Assembly: GCA_002269645.1 (NCBI GenBank)
Contig: NIVC01002523.1
Span: 62,001 to 126,000 of the forward strand
DNA: 64,000 nucleotides
Origin: Macrostomum lignano
Taxonomy: Eukaryota
Reading direction: 5' to 3'
Made by a program: the position numbers and the translations under genes. Positions 33,471-56,112 of the stretch are shown here, one piece after another. Below the pieces are notes generated by a model. The model saw only the letters and a list, made by a program, of their open reading frames with translations, did not search any database and was not told the DNA's origin. Each line of letters opens with the position of its first letter. Position 1 is the first letter of the stretch.

Positions 33471-34542
33471 CTGAGCAGCTGAGCAGTGCCTGAGCAGCTG
33501 ATCTCCGCCATCATGGCGATGTACCGTGATACGACAGCTGCTGTGACAACACCGGACGGCCTATCGGACTCCTTTGAGACATCCTCCGGAGTGCTTCAGG
33601 GAGATACGCTGGCGCCGTTCCTGTTCGTCCTGGTGCTTGACTGGGTGCTGCGGACTGCTCTTCCTACCGACGACGACGGCTTTCTGCTGCAGCGACGCGT
33701 GGGTCGACGTCAACCGGAGAAGCGGCTCAGCGTGCTTGGCTACGCCGACGACCTCGCCCTGCTGTCCTCGACCGTCGAGGGCGCCCAACGGCAGCTGGAC
33801 AGGCTGGTTGCCGTTGCGGCGAGTGTCAGCCTGGTGGTCAACACGCAGAAGACCGTCGTGCTCTGCGTGCCGGACGACATCGAGGCTGCAATATTTTGCC
33901 GAGGCGCTGACGGGCAGGCGACCGAGCTCCCGCGATGTCAGCAGTTCGTCTACCTCGGCGGTCTGGTTCCAGACGCTCGCGAGGACCTGCGACGCCGCCG
34001 CGGGCTTGTCTGGGCTGCCTTTCGTTCTGTGAGGGCAGTCCTGCAGTCCGAGGCCCTACCGGACCGCCAGAGGGCGGCGCTGTTCCAGGCGGTAATCGAG
34101 ACCGTCCTGCTGTACAACGCCGAGACCTGGACGCTGACGGACTCACTCGAACAGCAAGTCGATGCGGCGCACGCTGGTCTGCTGCGCGCCGCCTTCAACA
34201 TCGGCGTCGAGCGAGTCACCAACGCGGCACTCTATCGCCGCGCTGGCCTGCCACGTCCAAGTGATCTACTGCGCCGTCGGCGACTCCAGCTCGCAGGCCA
34301 TCTCATCCGCGCCGAGTCGTACTGCCCACAGCCGGTGCAGGAGGTGCTGCTGCTCACGCTGCAGGCACCCTACCGGCGAGGTCAAGCGCGAACTCGGCGT
34401 TATGTCGACTGTCTGCTGGCTGACGCCGGCGCCCCGGACACTGCCGGTGGCGCGGCCTTTGTTCGCGCCCAAGCCATGAAGCGCGCCCTGTGACGCTGAC
34501 TTTTACCATCATGACAGCGTATTTTGTTTTTTGTTGTTGTTG
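33471..34542 (+). mobile_element. 5'-truncated RTE-clade non-LTR retrotransposon (reverse transcriptase C-terminal part, ORF 33486-34493)
   Basis: GVLQGDTLAPFLF, LGYADDLAL, FVYLGG, VLLYNAETWTL motifs; (TTG)n tail; 10-bp TSD TTACCATTTC at 33461-33470 and 34543-34552. Confidence 0.95.
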
Positions 34543-35621
34543 TTACCATTTCAGGAATTTAATACGTTTTGTTTCTGCAGTGCTGCCAGAATCTCTTAAT
34601 TAAAGGAAGGGTAGTGTTAATGAAAAAAATTGGTAATGCATGCATACCAGTAGTTTTAAAGAGGTGTGATTTTAAATTTTGTGGAGAGATGGAAGACAAC
34701 ACATTGTTTGTCATGTCCCTTCTCTGTCCTCTAGGCAGTGACTCACAATTTGGTCTATCCGCGAAGCCGCATACCTCGCGTCTAATTAATAGCCCAAGTA
34801 CTGTGACTGCTCTTTGTTTCCCAGTCCACCGCACTCGCATCGTCTCTCAACAGTCTTCTCGTCACTGTCTCTAAAACAGACGATTGGGAAAAAAATTAGA
34901 TTCACATTTTTCTCGCGCAGTCTGCAGCCTCATTCCTTGTTAGCTTCATCTCGCGTGCAAGGGAGATCTCAAAGACTATGACAGCCTATTACGCAATGCC
35001 AACAGAGAGAAAGGAAAGCAAGAAGCGACTGAACTGCTCCAGACGATGACGACAAAGACGGCCCCACAAGAGCTGAGAGCGAGCAAAAGAGCGGGCCCGC
35101 GGAGCTATGGCAACTGGAGATTGCGGCCAGCTCAGCGCCCCCTTGAGACCCCAGAGATGGAGGCGAGATGGGGGATGGGGGAGCGAAAATGAGTCCAGGC
35201 GAGCAAACACAGGTGGCATTGGCGGCAATACAAGTTGGGCTGGAGGATCTGCGCCAAAAGCCGGGCGTTTCCTGTTCCTGGCCTGGCACAACTCCCCTTT
35301 TATGGCAACCAAGTCGACATTAACGACTCGGGGGGGGGGGAGACAGGAGCACAAAGGCCCACGTGGGGGGCGGGAGTTGGAGGCCACTTCTGTGGCACTT
35401 CCTGCACGCGTGTGGGGCTGAGTCAACTATCACCTACTGTATTTATATAGGCTTCGAAATTTCGCTAAGAATAACTGCCGATTTAGGAAAATTTTCAGAT
35501 GGCATATAGATATAAAATTACTGCTTATTTGCCGTTTTATTCTCTCACGAGTATACCGATCATTGCCAAACAGCTGGACAAGCGTGGCTCAGTTGACAAG
35601 CGTTCAGATAGCAAAAGGTGA

Positions 35622-36285
35622 GGGACAGTCAGAGAGGGTGAGAGACAGTCATAGAGGGTGAATGACAGTCAGAGAGGGTGAGGGACAGTCAGAGAGGGTG
35701 AGGGACAATCAGAGAGGGTGAGGGACAGTCAGAGAGGGTGACTGGGTGAGGGACAATAATAGAGGGCGACGGACAGTCAGAGAGGGCGAAGGACAGTCAG
35801 AGAGGGTGAGAGACAGTCAGAGAGGGTGAGAGACAGTCAGAGAGGGTGACTGGGTGAGGGACAATAATAGAGGGCGACGGACAGTCAGAGAGGGCGAAGG
35901 ACAGTCAGAGAGGGTGAGAGACAGTCATAGAGGGTGAGAGACAGTCATAGAGGGTGACTGGGTGAGGGACAATCAGAGAGGGTGAGGGACAGTCATAGAG
36001 GGTGAAGGACAATCAGGGAGGGTGAGGGACAGTCAGAGAGGGTGAGGGACAATCAGAGAGGGTGAGGGACAATCAGAGAGGGTGAGGGACAGTCAGAGAG
36101 GGTGAGAGACAGTCAGAGAGGGTGACTGGGTGAGGGACAGTTATAGAGGGCGAAGGACAGTCAGAGAGGGTGAGAGACAGTCAGAGAGGGTGACTGGGTG
36201 AGGGACAGTTATAGAGAGCGAAGGACAGTCAGAGAGGGTGAGAGACAGTCAGAGAGGGTGAGGGACAATCAGGGAGGGTGAGGGA
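35622..36285 (+). repeat. 20-bp purine-rich minisatellite (GGGTGAGGGACAGTCAGAGA)
   Basis: Direct reading. Confidence 0.95.
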
Positions 36286-37210
36286 GGAAGCACGGACTGT
36301 CTTATTCTTTTCCTTATTAAGCGAGTTCAATATAAGACAGATTAAATTTGTGTTAGGTGTGCATGGTAACTGGGTGCGGTTGAAATGGAACAGAAAATCA
36401 CATAATGAGCATCGAGTATATATATATATATATGAAACATAATTGTCAGCAAACAGACACATAAGTGTACATTACAATTCTTTCGATATCATAAGAAAAA
36501 TAAATAAATAAATCCACAGTGGCATCAAGAAGTTCATCGCGAAAGCGGAGCTGCATACATGGCACACCAAAGTAAACACAGAAAGCAGAGGTTACATTAG
36601 GTTGTTATGCATTAAACACTTATGAAAATGTGCACTCACCAATACATACTAGTACATGAATGTATAATGAAACATTATTATATTATTAATAAAATTTAAA
36701 CCCAACCTAACCAATAGTACAGAACAAAATATAACAGAGAGACAAATATTACAATTAATAAAGAAACAAGCAGTTATTTAAACGGGAAAGACAATAAGAA
36801 ATAATGGCTAGCAATGCCTAACATAGTTGCTCTCAAAGTGCCGGCCCGGTCACAGTGCGCAGCACCGCAAAAATACTAATTAAGTTTTGGCAGCGCGAAT
36901 TCATTTCAACCCCACTACTACTTATACGGCCAGGCTACACGAGTAGTATATAGATAGTTATATTAAAGTAGTCAAGTTCTGTATATTGAATTTCTATCGG
37001 GCACTACACCACCAAAGCTGGGAGTAAAATATTTGAGTATCACAGATTACAGATCAGGATGTAACAATACAGTGCTGGCAATGTGTATGGGATTCAAGAT
37101 CCCCAGTTGCGATTTACAAATATGGTCACATTCACGCATAGTAACTAACTGCATCTATTGGACAGTAACAATCCAATAGGTACATTGACAAGAATAATAA
37201 CAGAATGACA

Positions 37211-37460
37211 TTGTGTCACTCTTTAGTGCGTCACTGACTGCCGCGGCATGGCATGTGTCACTCTTTAGTGCGTCACTGACTGCCGCGGCATGGCATGTGT
37301 CACTCTATAGTGCGTCACTGACTGCCGCGGCATGGCATGTGTCACTCTATAGTGCGTCACTGACTGCCGCGGCATGGCATGTGTCACTCTTTAGTGCGTC
37401 ACTGACTGCCGCGGCATGGCATGTGTCACTCTATAGTGCGTCAATGACTGCCGCGGCTCT
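37211..37460 (+). repeat. 42-bp minisatellite x6 in TMF1 3' region
   Basis: tgtgtcactct(t/a)tagtgcgtcactgactgccgcggcatggca units. Confidence 0.95.
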
Positions 37461-37567
37461 ACACAGCTCATAGTTCCTGCTAGCTACATATTTAAAAGCT
37501 AGTAAGCCAACACCCCAAAAAAGGAACTGAAGAACTACAACGCACAGATTGCGGTGAGTAGATACAA

Positions 37568-47701
<10,134 letters not shown>

Positions 47702-48239
47702 TTTGCCTGCTACAGTTGAGATGTTATTGTTTTAGTTTTCCAGAGCTACGCTTCTGAGACAATTACTATTTTTGTATTATTAGCAACTTTTGCGGCTATT
47801 TTAAGCCCGCATCAATGATGAGCTGGTTAACTTGAGCAGCTGAAATGGCGCAAGCAATGATTTATTAACATTTGTTTAGTACTGCTGTTAGTAGTAGTAA
47901 AGCTGGCACTTATGATGACTCTTTCATATTGCCAAAAAGTAAAAGCAAATCGGATTACGTCACTTAGGTGGAATTATTTTTGAAAAAAATTATTTACTTC
48001 TTAACTTCAGGCTATTTAGGAGCAAAATAATGTCAATGCAGAAATTACCAATGAGCTGGGAAAAGCAGAGTACAAAAATATTATCCAGCTAACTGCTTAG
48101 TTTGACTGAAAGATCAAATGAAATACAAAGAGTAAACAAATGGAAATTTCAAATAAGAGCAATGATATTTGATGTTTGATAATAATGTTTAGTTTAAGAG
48201 TAAAATTGCTAATTGATTATAAACTGGAGCAACTAGGGT

Positions 48240-48750
48240 TTGATATCGGGAGTGAGTGTTCATTGGGGTGGGGAAAGCGGGCTATTGTGCCCTGAAATCG
48301 GGAGTGGAGGTACTTTGGGGTGAGGAAAGCGGGCTATCATGCCCTGAAATCGGGAGTGGATGTACTTTGGGGTGAGGAAAGCGGGCTATCATGCCCTGAA
48401 ATCGGGAGTGGGTGTACATTGGGGTGAGGAAAGCGGGCTATTGTGCCCTGATATCGGGAGTGGATGTACATTGGGGTGAGGAAAGCGGGCTATTGTGCCC
48501 TGATATCGGGAGTGGATGTACTTTGGGGTGAGGAAAGCGGGCTATTGTGCCCTGATATCGGGAGTGGATGTACTTTGGGGTGAGGAAAGTGGGCTATTGT
48601 GCCCTGATATCGGGAGTGGATGTACTTTGGGGTGAGGAAAGCGGGCTATTGTGCCCTGATATCGGGAGTGGGTGTACATTGGGGTGAGGAAAGCGGGCTA
48701 TCATGCCCTGATATCGGGAGTGGGTGTACATTGGAGTGAGGAAAGCGGAA
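48240..48750 (+). repeat. 52-bp minisatellite between TIMELESS and TMF1
   Basis: ggggtgaggaaagcgggctattgtgccctgatatcgggagtggatgtacttt units. Confidence 0.95.
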
Positions 48751-49022
48751 AATTAAATTAATATGAAATTGAATTGAATTGAAAAAATGCAGCCTGTTGT
48801 AACATAAAATGCCATGTCATTAGTAAACAACGATAAAAAATGCTTTGTTGCAAATTTAACAGAACAGGAACAATATTCGCATAATAAAACATAAACTAAG
48901 TCAGGTCACAATAAATAAATAGTGATGAAAAAGTTTACAGCCGAACAGTTTACCTGAAAAGTTTACAGGTAAATTGACACTAAATAATAAGAATAAATGT
49001 ACTATTAAGAATTAAATAGCTA

Positions 49023-52000
49023 TTATTCCGAGTCGCTACTCATGATCAGCTTCTGACGTTTCTGTTTGACGGCGGCAGACAACGGCGATACAGTCGATAA
49101 GGCAGCGGCCGATCGTGCCGACTTGCCGACGCCGACAACTGGGTCGGTCTCATCATCGGATGATGACGAAGAGGAAGACGAAGACAGACGGGGCCGTTTG
49201 CTGTTGCGCTTCTCCTGCGTGTCGGCGTCGACATCGACGTTTTCTTTGTCGGCCGCCGCCGATGCGGCGGCAGAGGAAACGGACTGACGGCTGTTGCTGT
49301 CCTCAGCGACTGGCGCGCCGCCGGTGCGTCCAGCCGGCAGGATGTAGGCGTCAAACTCGCTGCGATCGGCCGCCGTCGTCGTGGACTTCAACGCTGGCGG
49401 CGAGTTGAGAATGCCGTCAAAGGCTAGCGGATCTTCACGACGCGATGGTGGCAATCTGAGCTGCTGTTGCTGGCGTTGGCGCCGAAAGTCTGCTAGGCTG
49501 GTGCACGGCCCGGACTTGTGCGCGTCGGTGAACTCGTCAGAAACGTCGTTGTTGTCGTCGGCAAATTGTCGCAGCACATTCCGGATGTCCTCGTCGCCAA
49601 TGCCATCGATGTCGCTGTCGCCGTCGCCGCCGTTTTCATCAGCGTCGCCATTGTCGCTATCGGAGAACTCTGGCCGGCCAAAGTTGGCCAGCACCAGGGC
49701 CTCGAGATCGGCATTCGGGGCGGCCAACAAGTCCAGGACTCGGCGCAGCTTCTCAGCGCTGGCGTCGGCCGGGCAGCGCCAGAATCGGCTGGCGGCATCC
49801 AGGGCCGGCGGCTGCAGGCCGGCGCTAAGCAGCAGACCGGCGCAGATTGGCTCCTCGTCCAGAGCGGCGTCGGCAGCCGGGTCAAGACAGAGCAAAACCT
49901 GCTCGTCGGCGTCACCAGCCAGACGGTCGCGCAGACAGTCGGCCAGCTGGTCAGCTAGCCAGGCCAGGCAGGCGGCCACGCCGGGCCGATCGGACTGCAG
50001 TCGGCGGGCATTCAACAGCCGCTCGGCCAGTTTGGCTTCGTCCATGCGCGGAGCCGGCGGTGCCGGCGCCGAGGCCGATTTAGCGGCAGCAGAGCCCGAG
50101 GGTGGAACGAATTCCTCGCCATCGCGACCTGCCCGACGATCCGCTTCATCGCTGTCGCTATCATCCGAGGTCGCGCCTTTCTGTCCGCTAGTCGCTTTGC
50201 TGCGACGCTGGCGTGCCTTCGAACTTGACGGATTATCGCCCGGTCGCTTGGCCCGCTTCGCTTTGGTCGCCGGCTTCTTGCGGAAATCGGCCGCCTTGGA
50301 GCCGAGGCCCAGCTGCACCATGCGCCGCATCACCCGGCGCCGGCTGCGGCCCCGGTCGCTCAGTTCCGACTGCACAAATTCTACAATGTCGTTTACGTCC
50401 TCGCGTTGAACGGCCAGATCGTACAGGCAGCGCAGCTCAGCGTCCAGATTCTCCGTCCAGCGAGCTTTTTCGCCCAGACGTCGGGCAGCCGCTGCGCCTT
50501 TCGGATCGATGGCGGCGGCGTAGTTGTCGGAGATATCCCGCGCCTCAGGCAGCGACTTGAGGAACAGGGGCTCGCAGAATACGGCCGGATTGCGTTTCAC
50601 CGCGGCGACAAACTGGCCGACAATATGGCGACAGAGGCGCGGCAGCTCCTTGTCCGGACAGTCGGGATCCTTCAGCACAGTCTGCAGTACGCGGAACGTT
50701 CTCAGCTGGTAGAACATGGGCCCGGCGCTGGTTTCTGTGATCATTTTATGCGCTAGCCGGACAGCGCTACAATTGACGGCTGGCGCGTTTAGCCGATAGT
50801 TGGCCAACACCCGGGTCAACGCGAGCACAGTGGCGGGATGACAGAACCGCAGCAAGTATTCGCCGCTGTCGAAACGGCCTTTCTCGAATTCTAAGTCTTC
50901 CTCGTCGTCGACTAGACCCTGCGCCTCGAGGAGCTCCTCGTTCACAGGCGGCGCCTCATCGTCCGCCTCCTCGTTGCCAACGGCGACGTCAGCATCAGGC
51001 TCGGCCGCATCCGGCTTTGCACTGTCAACGAGACTGGCGTCCATTAGGATCGCTCGCAGCAACAGCAGATCGTCGGCAATGTCGAAGTGGCCGCACATGG
51101 GGAACAACAGCCGGCAGCGCCGAGCGCACACCACCGACTCTGCTAGGCGGCCGTCGATAAGCAGACGCTGTACAGCGCCGGCTGCTGAAGCCGCCTGCTC
51201 GGCCTCTGGAGCCAGTGGGTCGAACAGGCGCGGCAGGCCGGCTTCGTTAACCTCGGCCTCGACGCCTTCGGGAGGCGCGGAAACCAGCTGGCTGAGCGCG
51301 TCGCCGAAGCTGTTCCACAAGTCGTCGCGCTGCTCCTCCGTCAGCACTGTCGCCTGTTGCTGTTGCTGTTTAGCCGCTTTCCGTTTGCTAGATTTATTAC
51401 CTTGCTGTCGGCGACGGCGCCTAGCCTTGGCGCGGCTCTTCCTGCGCTGCTGCACCAGATTGCCGTCTCGGGCCCAGCGGTCCATTAGGCGCATCATAGC
51501 GAATCCGCCTTCTAGGACTTCCCTATAGAGATCCAGGCCCGCCCAGCGGTCTTGGATGCTGCGCAATAGTTCGGGATAGGCATCGCGATACTCTGGCAGG
51601 TACAGAACCTCGCGGGCCAGGGCGCGGGACTCTTCCACCTGGGCTAGCCAATCGGGATCAGTCTCGTAATCGGCCGGGCTATTTTTATTAGCTGAATTAG
51701 ACGGCAGGGCGATGGCAGCTGACAGCACTAGAAACATTTGATTATAGGCGCTCAAGGCTAGCAATAGCCGGCGCGACCAAATAGCTTGATTGGCGCCGCG
51801 CTCAAGATTGGCGCTCTCCGCGCAGGTCATTATCTGGCGATGAACGAAGCCGAACGAGTCCAAGCTAAACGCGGCAGTCAGATGGTGCAGCGCGGGGCGC
51901 CGGGATCCGCCAGGCCGGTGTCGGGCGTAGGCAAAGAAGAACTTCACGGACCAGAGGTAGAAGGTCTCGTCTCCAACCTGACTAGACGGACTATCCAGGT

Positions 52001-54800
52001 GTTGTCGAGCGCGCCGCATCAGCGGGTTGAACGCTCGGGCTAGGAGGGCTTCGCATAGGTCGCGCAGACCCTCGGTGACGCGCGAGGTTGTGATAGGCGC
52101 GGCGCCGCCTTCAAAATCGCAGCCGCCAGCGCCGGTCGAGCGAGGATCGTCCACTACTAGGCGGCGATTTTTTGGCACTTTTCGGCGGGTTTTGTCCTGA
52201 TCGCAGGACCAGTCCCGCAGCTGGTTGAGGTCCCGGTGGAACACCACGGGCCGGCCGGCCACGCCCGTGACCCCAGTTAGCTGGTAGGTGCCGCCGAATC
52301 TGCAGAGGCAGTGGGCATTGAGGCTATTTGAAAAGTTGGCTACTTGACAATCAAGTTACTTGACAACCAGGCTAATTGACAACCTGGCTACTTGAAAACC
52401 AGACTATTGGCTACCTGGCTACTTGACAACCAGGCTACCTGACAACCTGGCTACTTGACAACCAGGCTACTTGACAACCTGGCTATTGGCTACCTGGCTA
52501 CTTGACAACCTGGCTAATTGGCAACCCGGCTATTGGCTATCTGGCTACTTGACAACCAGACTATTGGCTACCTGGCTACTTGACAACCAGACTATTGGCT
52601 ACCTGGCTACTTGACAACCTGGCTACTTGACAACCTGGCTACTTGACAACCTGGCTACTTGACAACCTGGCTACTTGAAAACCCGGCTATTGGCTACCTG
52701 GCTACTTGACAATCAGTCTACTAACTGCCTGGCTATTAACTACCTGGCTACTAGCTACATGGCTATTAGCTACCTGGATATTGGCTCACCTGTCTATAAA
52801 CTACCTAATGCTCTAATTAGCTACCTGGCTGCTTACGACTACTGGAGGCTTAACTTTGTCCATCGGCAAGCAAAATTCAACGCGACTTGAAGCTTTCTAG
52901 TAAATAAATTGTAATAGAGTCATTGTAGGTGCATCAAACGCCCAGTGTAACTGAATAAAAGTATATCAGTCTAGGAGTATCTGCACCAATAAGTCAATTG
53001 CTCTCTGAGAACGGATAGCACGCACTGCCATTAAATTACATTAGCCTAAATGCGAGCACAAAAATTCTCAGAATACAAATCTATTAATGTCGGTGTATCA
53101 AACGCCTAATAAACTGAATCTAATCAATTCAATCAGCCTAGGAGTATCTACACCTTAAATTTACTCTCTGAGAACGGATAGCACGCATTGTCATTTAAAA
53201 AATATTATTTTTGACTCAAATGCGAGCACAAAATTCTCAGGCCATATATGCCGGACTGAATGCTTTGCGTATATGTTGGCGTTTACATGAGTAATAAGCG
53301 CCCGACTCTTGCATCACGACCCCTGGTTCGATTCTGTGCGCCAGCACAATTCATTTGGGGCCTGTCGTACGATTCAGACCCGTGAGGGCCAATCCCTAAG
53401 GCACAGAGAGTGTACATGCCTGGCTAGAGCAGAAAGTCAGGGCCGCTGTACACCCCGTGTGAGCGTGTGTATGAGTGCGTGCCTGAGTACAGCATTGGCA
53501 TGTGCTCAGCGGAATGGTGCAGAATTGCCTCAGCGCTTGTATTGGAACTTGTCTAAGCTGATCTGCTACGCTCATATTCAATTAGCAAAGTAATGTACAA
53601 TTTACCTGCCCCTGCCTCGCCCCCTTCGCTCTGTACACTGTACACTGCTTTATCGATCGTCCAGTCGCCCCAACCCCCTTCTTGACTCACCAATGCTAGC
53701 CATCGCTCCGGCGGGCTCTTTACCTTTTTGCGCCTCGTATTCTAATATAACTGGCCGATTTCACAATACCGCTGGTTGGGGGGCAAGTCATGTCAGCAAT
53801 TTTTACACGCATTATATGGTCTGTTATAGGGTAAACAGCAAGAGCTACTATGACTCTATTAAGATTGTCAGGCGCCTCGTCATCTAATCACTCACCTTCC
53901 ATGCCTTGTGGACAGGTATCGAAAATTGTCACACCGAGTCTCGGATCGAGCCTCGGCTTTGGCCGCTCGCTCCAGCGCGGCCGATGCGGACGCAACCGCG
54001 GCGCTGCCGCCGGCCAGAGCGGCTGGATTCCTGTGCCGCAGCAGCAGGTGCAAAATCTCCAACAGGTGCATGCTGTAGTGCTTGCAACCGGCGGAGTTGG
54101 CCGCCAAGCCAACCAGGGCCCGCGGCAGGCCGGCGTCCAGCAGGCAGCGAATCAGGCGCTCGTGACAGATGCGCGGATCGTCGCGGGCGTCCTGACCGCA
54201 ATTAACAGCGGCATCGACTCCGCCGGCGTGTAGGACATTGCGCAGTACAACTAGCACCCTTTCGAGTCCTTCGCGCTCCTCGTCGCCGATATAATCCGAG
54301 CCAGCGTCGCGACGATCAACAAAATTATCGATTAATTTAGTGAACTGACGCAGCAGCTCGACGTCGCAAAAAGCCAGCTTGTAGTCGGCCAGGTGGCTGA
54401 GCAAGGCGATGTAGTGCGGCCTGCGTGCCGGGTCAGGGAGCTGGTTCTGGAAGCACAGCAGGGCCGGCTTGGTCAGGCACACCATCAGTCGGAGTGTCCG
54501 GTCTAGAACGTCGGTCTCGTCAGCGTAGCGCTTCACTAGGGGCAGCAGGTCGCGCTGCAGCAAACGCAGCCTGGCCAGCTCGCGCCGCATATCGCAGGTG
54601 TCATCTTCGCGACGGAGGCAGCGGAGAATGTCGCGCAGAGTCTCGGCGCAGTCTGGCTCGCGAATGTACACACCGGATTCGTCCGGGAAGCCGAGAGAGT
54701 TGCAGAATACGTGCAGATCGGCGAAGCGCTGATTAGTGGACGGCTGCGGCTCCGACTGCTGCTGACTAGGCTGGGACCGCTGCGACTGCGATGAAGCCAT
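49023..54800 (-). CDS. TIMELESS: TIMELESS (Tim2/Timeout-type replisome factor). Exons 54800-53896 and 52299-49023; 1393 aa
   Basis: YIREPDCAETLRDILRCLRREDD...RRELA N-terminal TIMELESS domain; STRHGR|FGGTYQL across a phase-2 GT-AG intron; DETFYLWSVKFF; YLLRFCHPATV; WTENLDAELRCLY Myb-like repeat. Confidence 0.95.
52330..52760 (+). repeat. 16-bp minisatellite (CTACTTGACAACCTGG) at the 3' end of the TIMELESS intron
   Basis: Direct reading. Confidence 0.92.
52921..53071 (-). ncRNA. Box H/ACA guide RNA, copy A (TIMELESS intron)
   Basis: Minus strand: hairpin CTGAGAA..TTCTCAG, H box AGAGCA, hairpin GGTGCA..TGCACC, ACA box; pockets AGATAC/CGTTTGAT complementary to U2 around U34. Confidence 0.82.
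53085..53240 (-). ncRNA. Box H/ACA guide RNA, copy B (TIMELESS intron)
   Basis: Same architecture; H box AGAGTA, ACA box, compensatory stem GGTGTA/TACACC; pockets identical to copy A although loops differ. Confidence 0.8.
53275..53630 (+). mobile_element. tRNA-derived SINE, divergent relative of 42880-43259
   Basis: tRNA-like head (GTTGGCG...GGTTCGATT...CGCCAGC, 7-bp acceptor-like stem) followed by aattcatttggggc, GAGGGCCAA, GTGTACATGCCT and a C-rich tail. Confidence 0.75.
53829..53890 (+). other. Degenerate 62-nt copy of 28S rDNA helix 69-71 / R2 target region
   Basis: GGGTAAACAGCAAGAGCTACTATGACTCTATTAAGATTGTCAGGCGCCTCGTCATCTAATCA aligns without gaps to the conserved 28S sequence at 49/62 by my count. 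Confidence 0.88.
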
Positions 54801-55026
54801 GATGAATGCAGTCAGCCCGGTTGCAGCGGGTGATGGGGAGAAATGCTTGGCTAACGACTGTCTCAGTACACTACTTTGAACTGCCTGAATATTGTCTACC
54901 TGGCCTTGTGTTTATTCAATTTTAATTAGCAATTTTGCCTCAGACAGTGACTTAGCATCTGCCATCTACCATACTTGATGATACACAGTGTTAAAGATCT
55001 TAGAGATTTAGTACATTGTATATTGT

Positions 55027-55177
55027 GATTGTAGGTGCATCAAACGCCCAGTACACTGAATATTGCAATGCTCAGCCTAGGAGTATCTACACCCTAAATG
55101 AGTTGATTGCTCTCTGAGAACGGATAGCACGCACTGTCATTATAGATTAACACAAGTGCGAGCACAATAATTCTCAG
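55027..55177 (-). ncRNA. Box H/ACA guide RNA, copy C (upstream of the TIMELESS ATG)
   Basis: H box AGAGCA, ACA box, same pockets; lower stem GGTGTA/TGCACC (U-G wobble). Confidence 0.78.
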
Positions 55178-55224
55178 TTGTCGTAATACAGTGTGTGCTG
55201 TATTAGTACTGTCTACACTATGTA

Positions 55225-55640
55225 AACTACCTGAAGATTGTCTACCTGGAACTTCACTACCTGAATACTGTCTGCCTGGCGTTTCACTACCTGAATATTG
55301 TCTACCTGGCGTTTCACTACCTGAATATTGTCTACGTGGTTTTTCACTACCTGAATATTGTCTACCTGGCGTTTCACTACCTGAATATTGTCTACGTGGT
55401 GTTTCACTACCTGAATATTGTCTACCTGGCGTTTCACTACCTGAATATTGTCTACCTGGCGTTTCACTACCTGAACATTGTCTACTTGGCTTTTCACTAC
55501 CTGAATATTGTCTACTTGGCTTTTCACTACCTGAATATTGTCTACCTGGAAGTTCACTACCTGAATATTGTCTACTTGGCTTTTCACTACCTGAATATTG
55601 TTTACCTGGAAGTTCACTACCTGAGTATTGTCTACTTTTG
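55225..55640 (+). repeat. 30-bp minisatellite (TTCACTACCTGAATATTGTCTACCTGGCGT) inside a tandemly duplicated block
   Basis: Direct reading; a short version recurs at ~55940-56010. Confidence 0.93.
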
Positions 55641-55738
55641 TTTCGTTTATTCAATTTCAATTAGTAATTTTGTTTCACGGTTTCTAGACAGTGACTTAAC
55701 ATCTACCGGTACTGTACTTAATGGTAAAAAAGTGTATT

Positions 55739-55889
55739 TATTGTAGGTGCATCAAACGCCCAGTACACTGAATATTGCAATGCTCAGCCTAGGAGTATCT
55801 ACACCCTAAATGAGTTGATTGCTCTCTGAGAACGGATAGCACGCACTGTCATTATAGATTAACACAAGTGCGAGCACAATAATTCTCAG
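55739..55889 (-). ncRNA. Box H/ACA guide RNA, copy D
   Basis: Essentially identical to copy C. Confidence 0.78.
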
Positions 55890-56112
55890 TTGTCGTAATA
55901 CAGTGTGTGCTGTATTAGTACTGTCTACACTATGTAAACTACCTGAAGATTGTATACCTGGAACTTCACTACCTGAATACTGTCTACCTGTTCACTACCG
56001 AGTGTTGTCTACTTTTGTTTCGTTTATTCAAATTTCAATTAGTAATTTTGTTTCACGGTTTCTAGACAGTGACTTAACATCTACCGGTACTGTACTTAAT
56101 GGTAAAAAAGTG

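Noticed and set aside
49046-51528. Overlapping Ala/Arg/Ser-rich ORFs on the opposite strand or in other frames of TIMELESS, TMF1, EFL1, TR and the RTE
   Set aside because: They are shadow ORFs caused by high GC3 in real coding exons.
53860-53895. Box C/D snoRNA reading of the antisense 28S segment (GTGATTA ... ATTAGATGACGAGGC-GC-CTGA)
   Set aside because: It starts within the 5' splice site, no terminal D box or stem was found, and colinear rRNA homology continues for 62 nt, which fits a DNA copy better than a guide.
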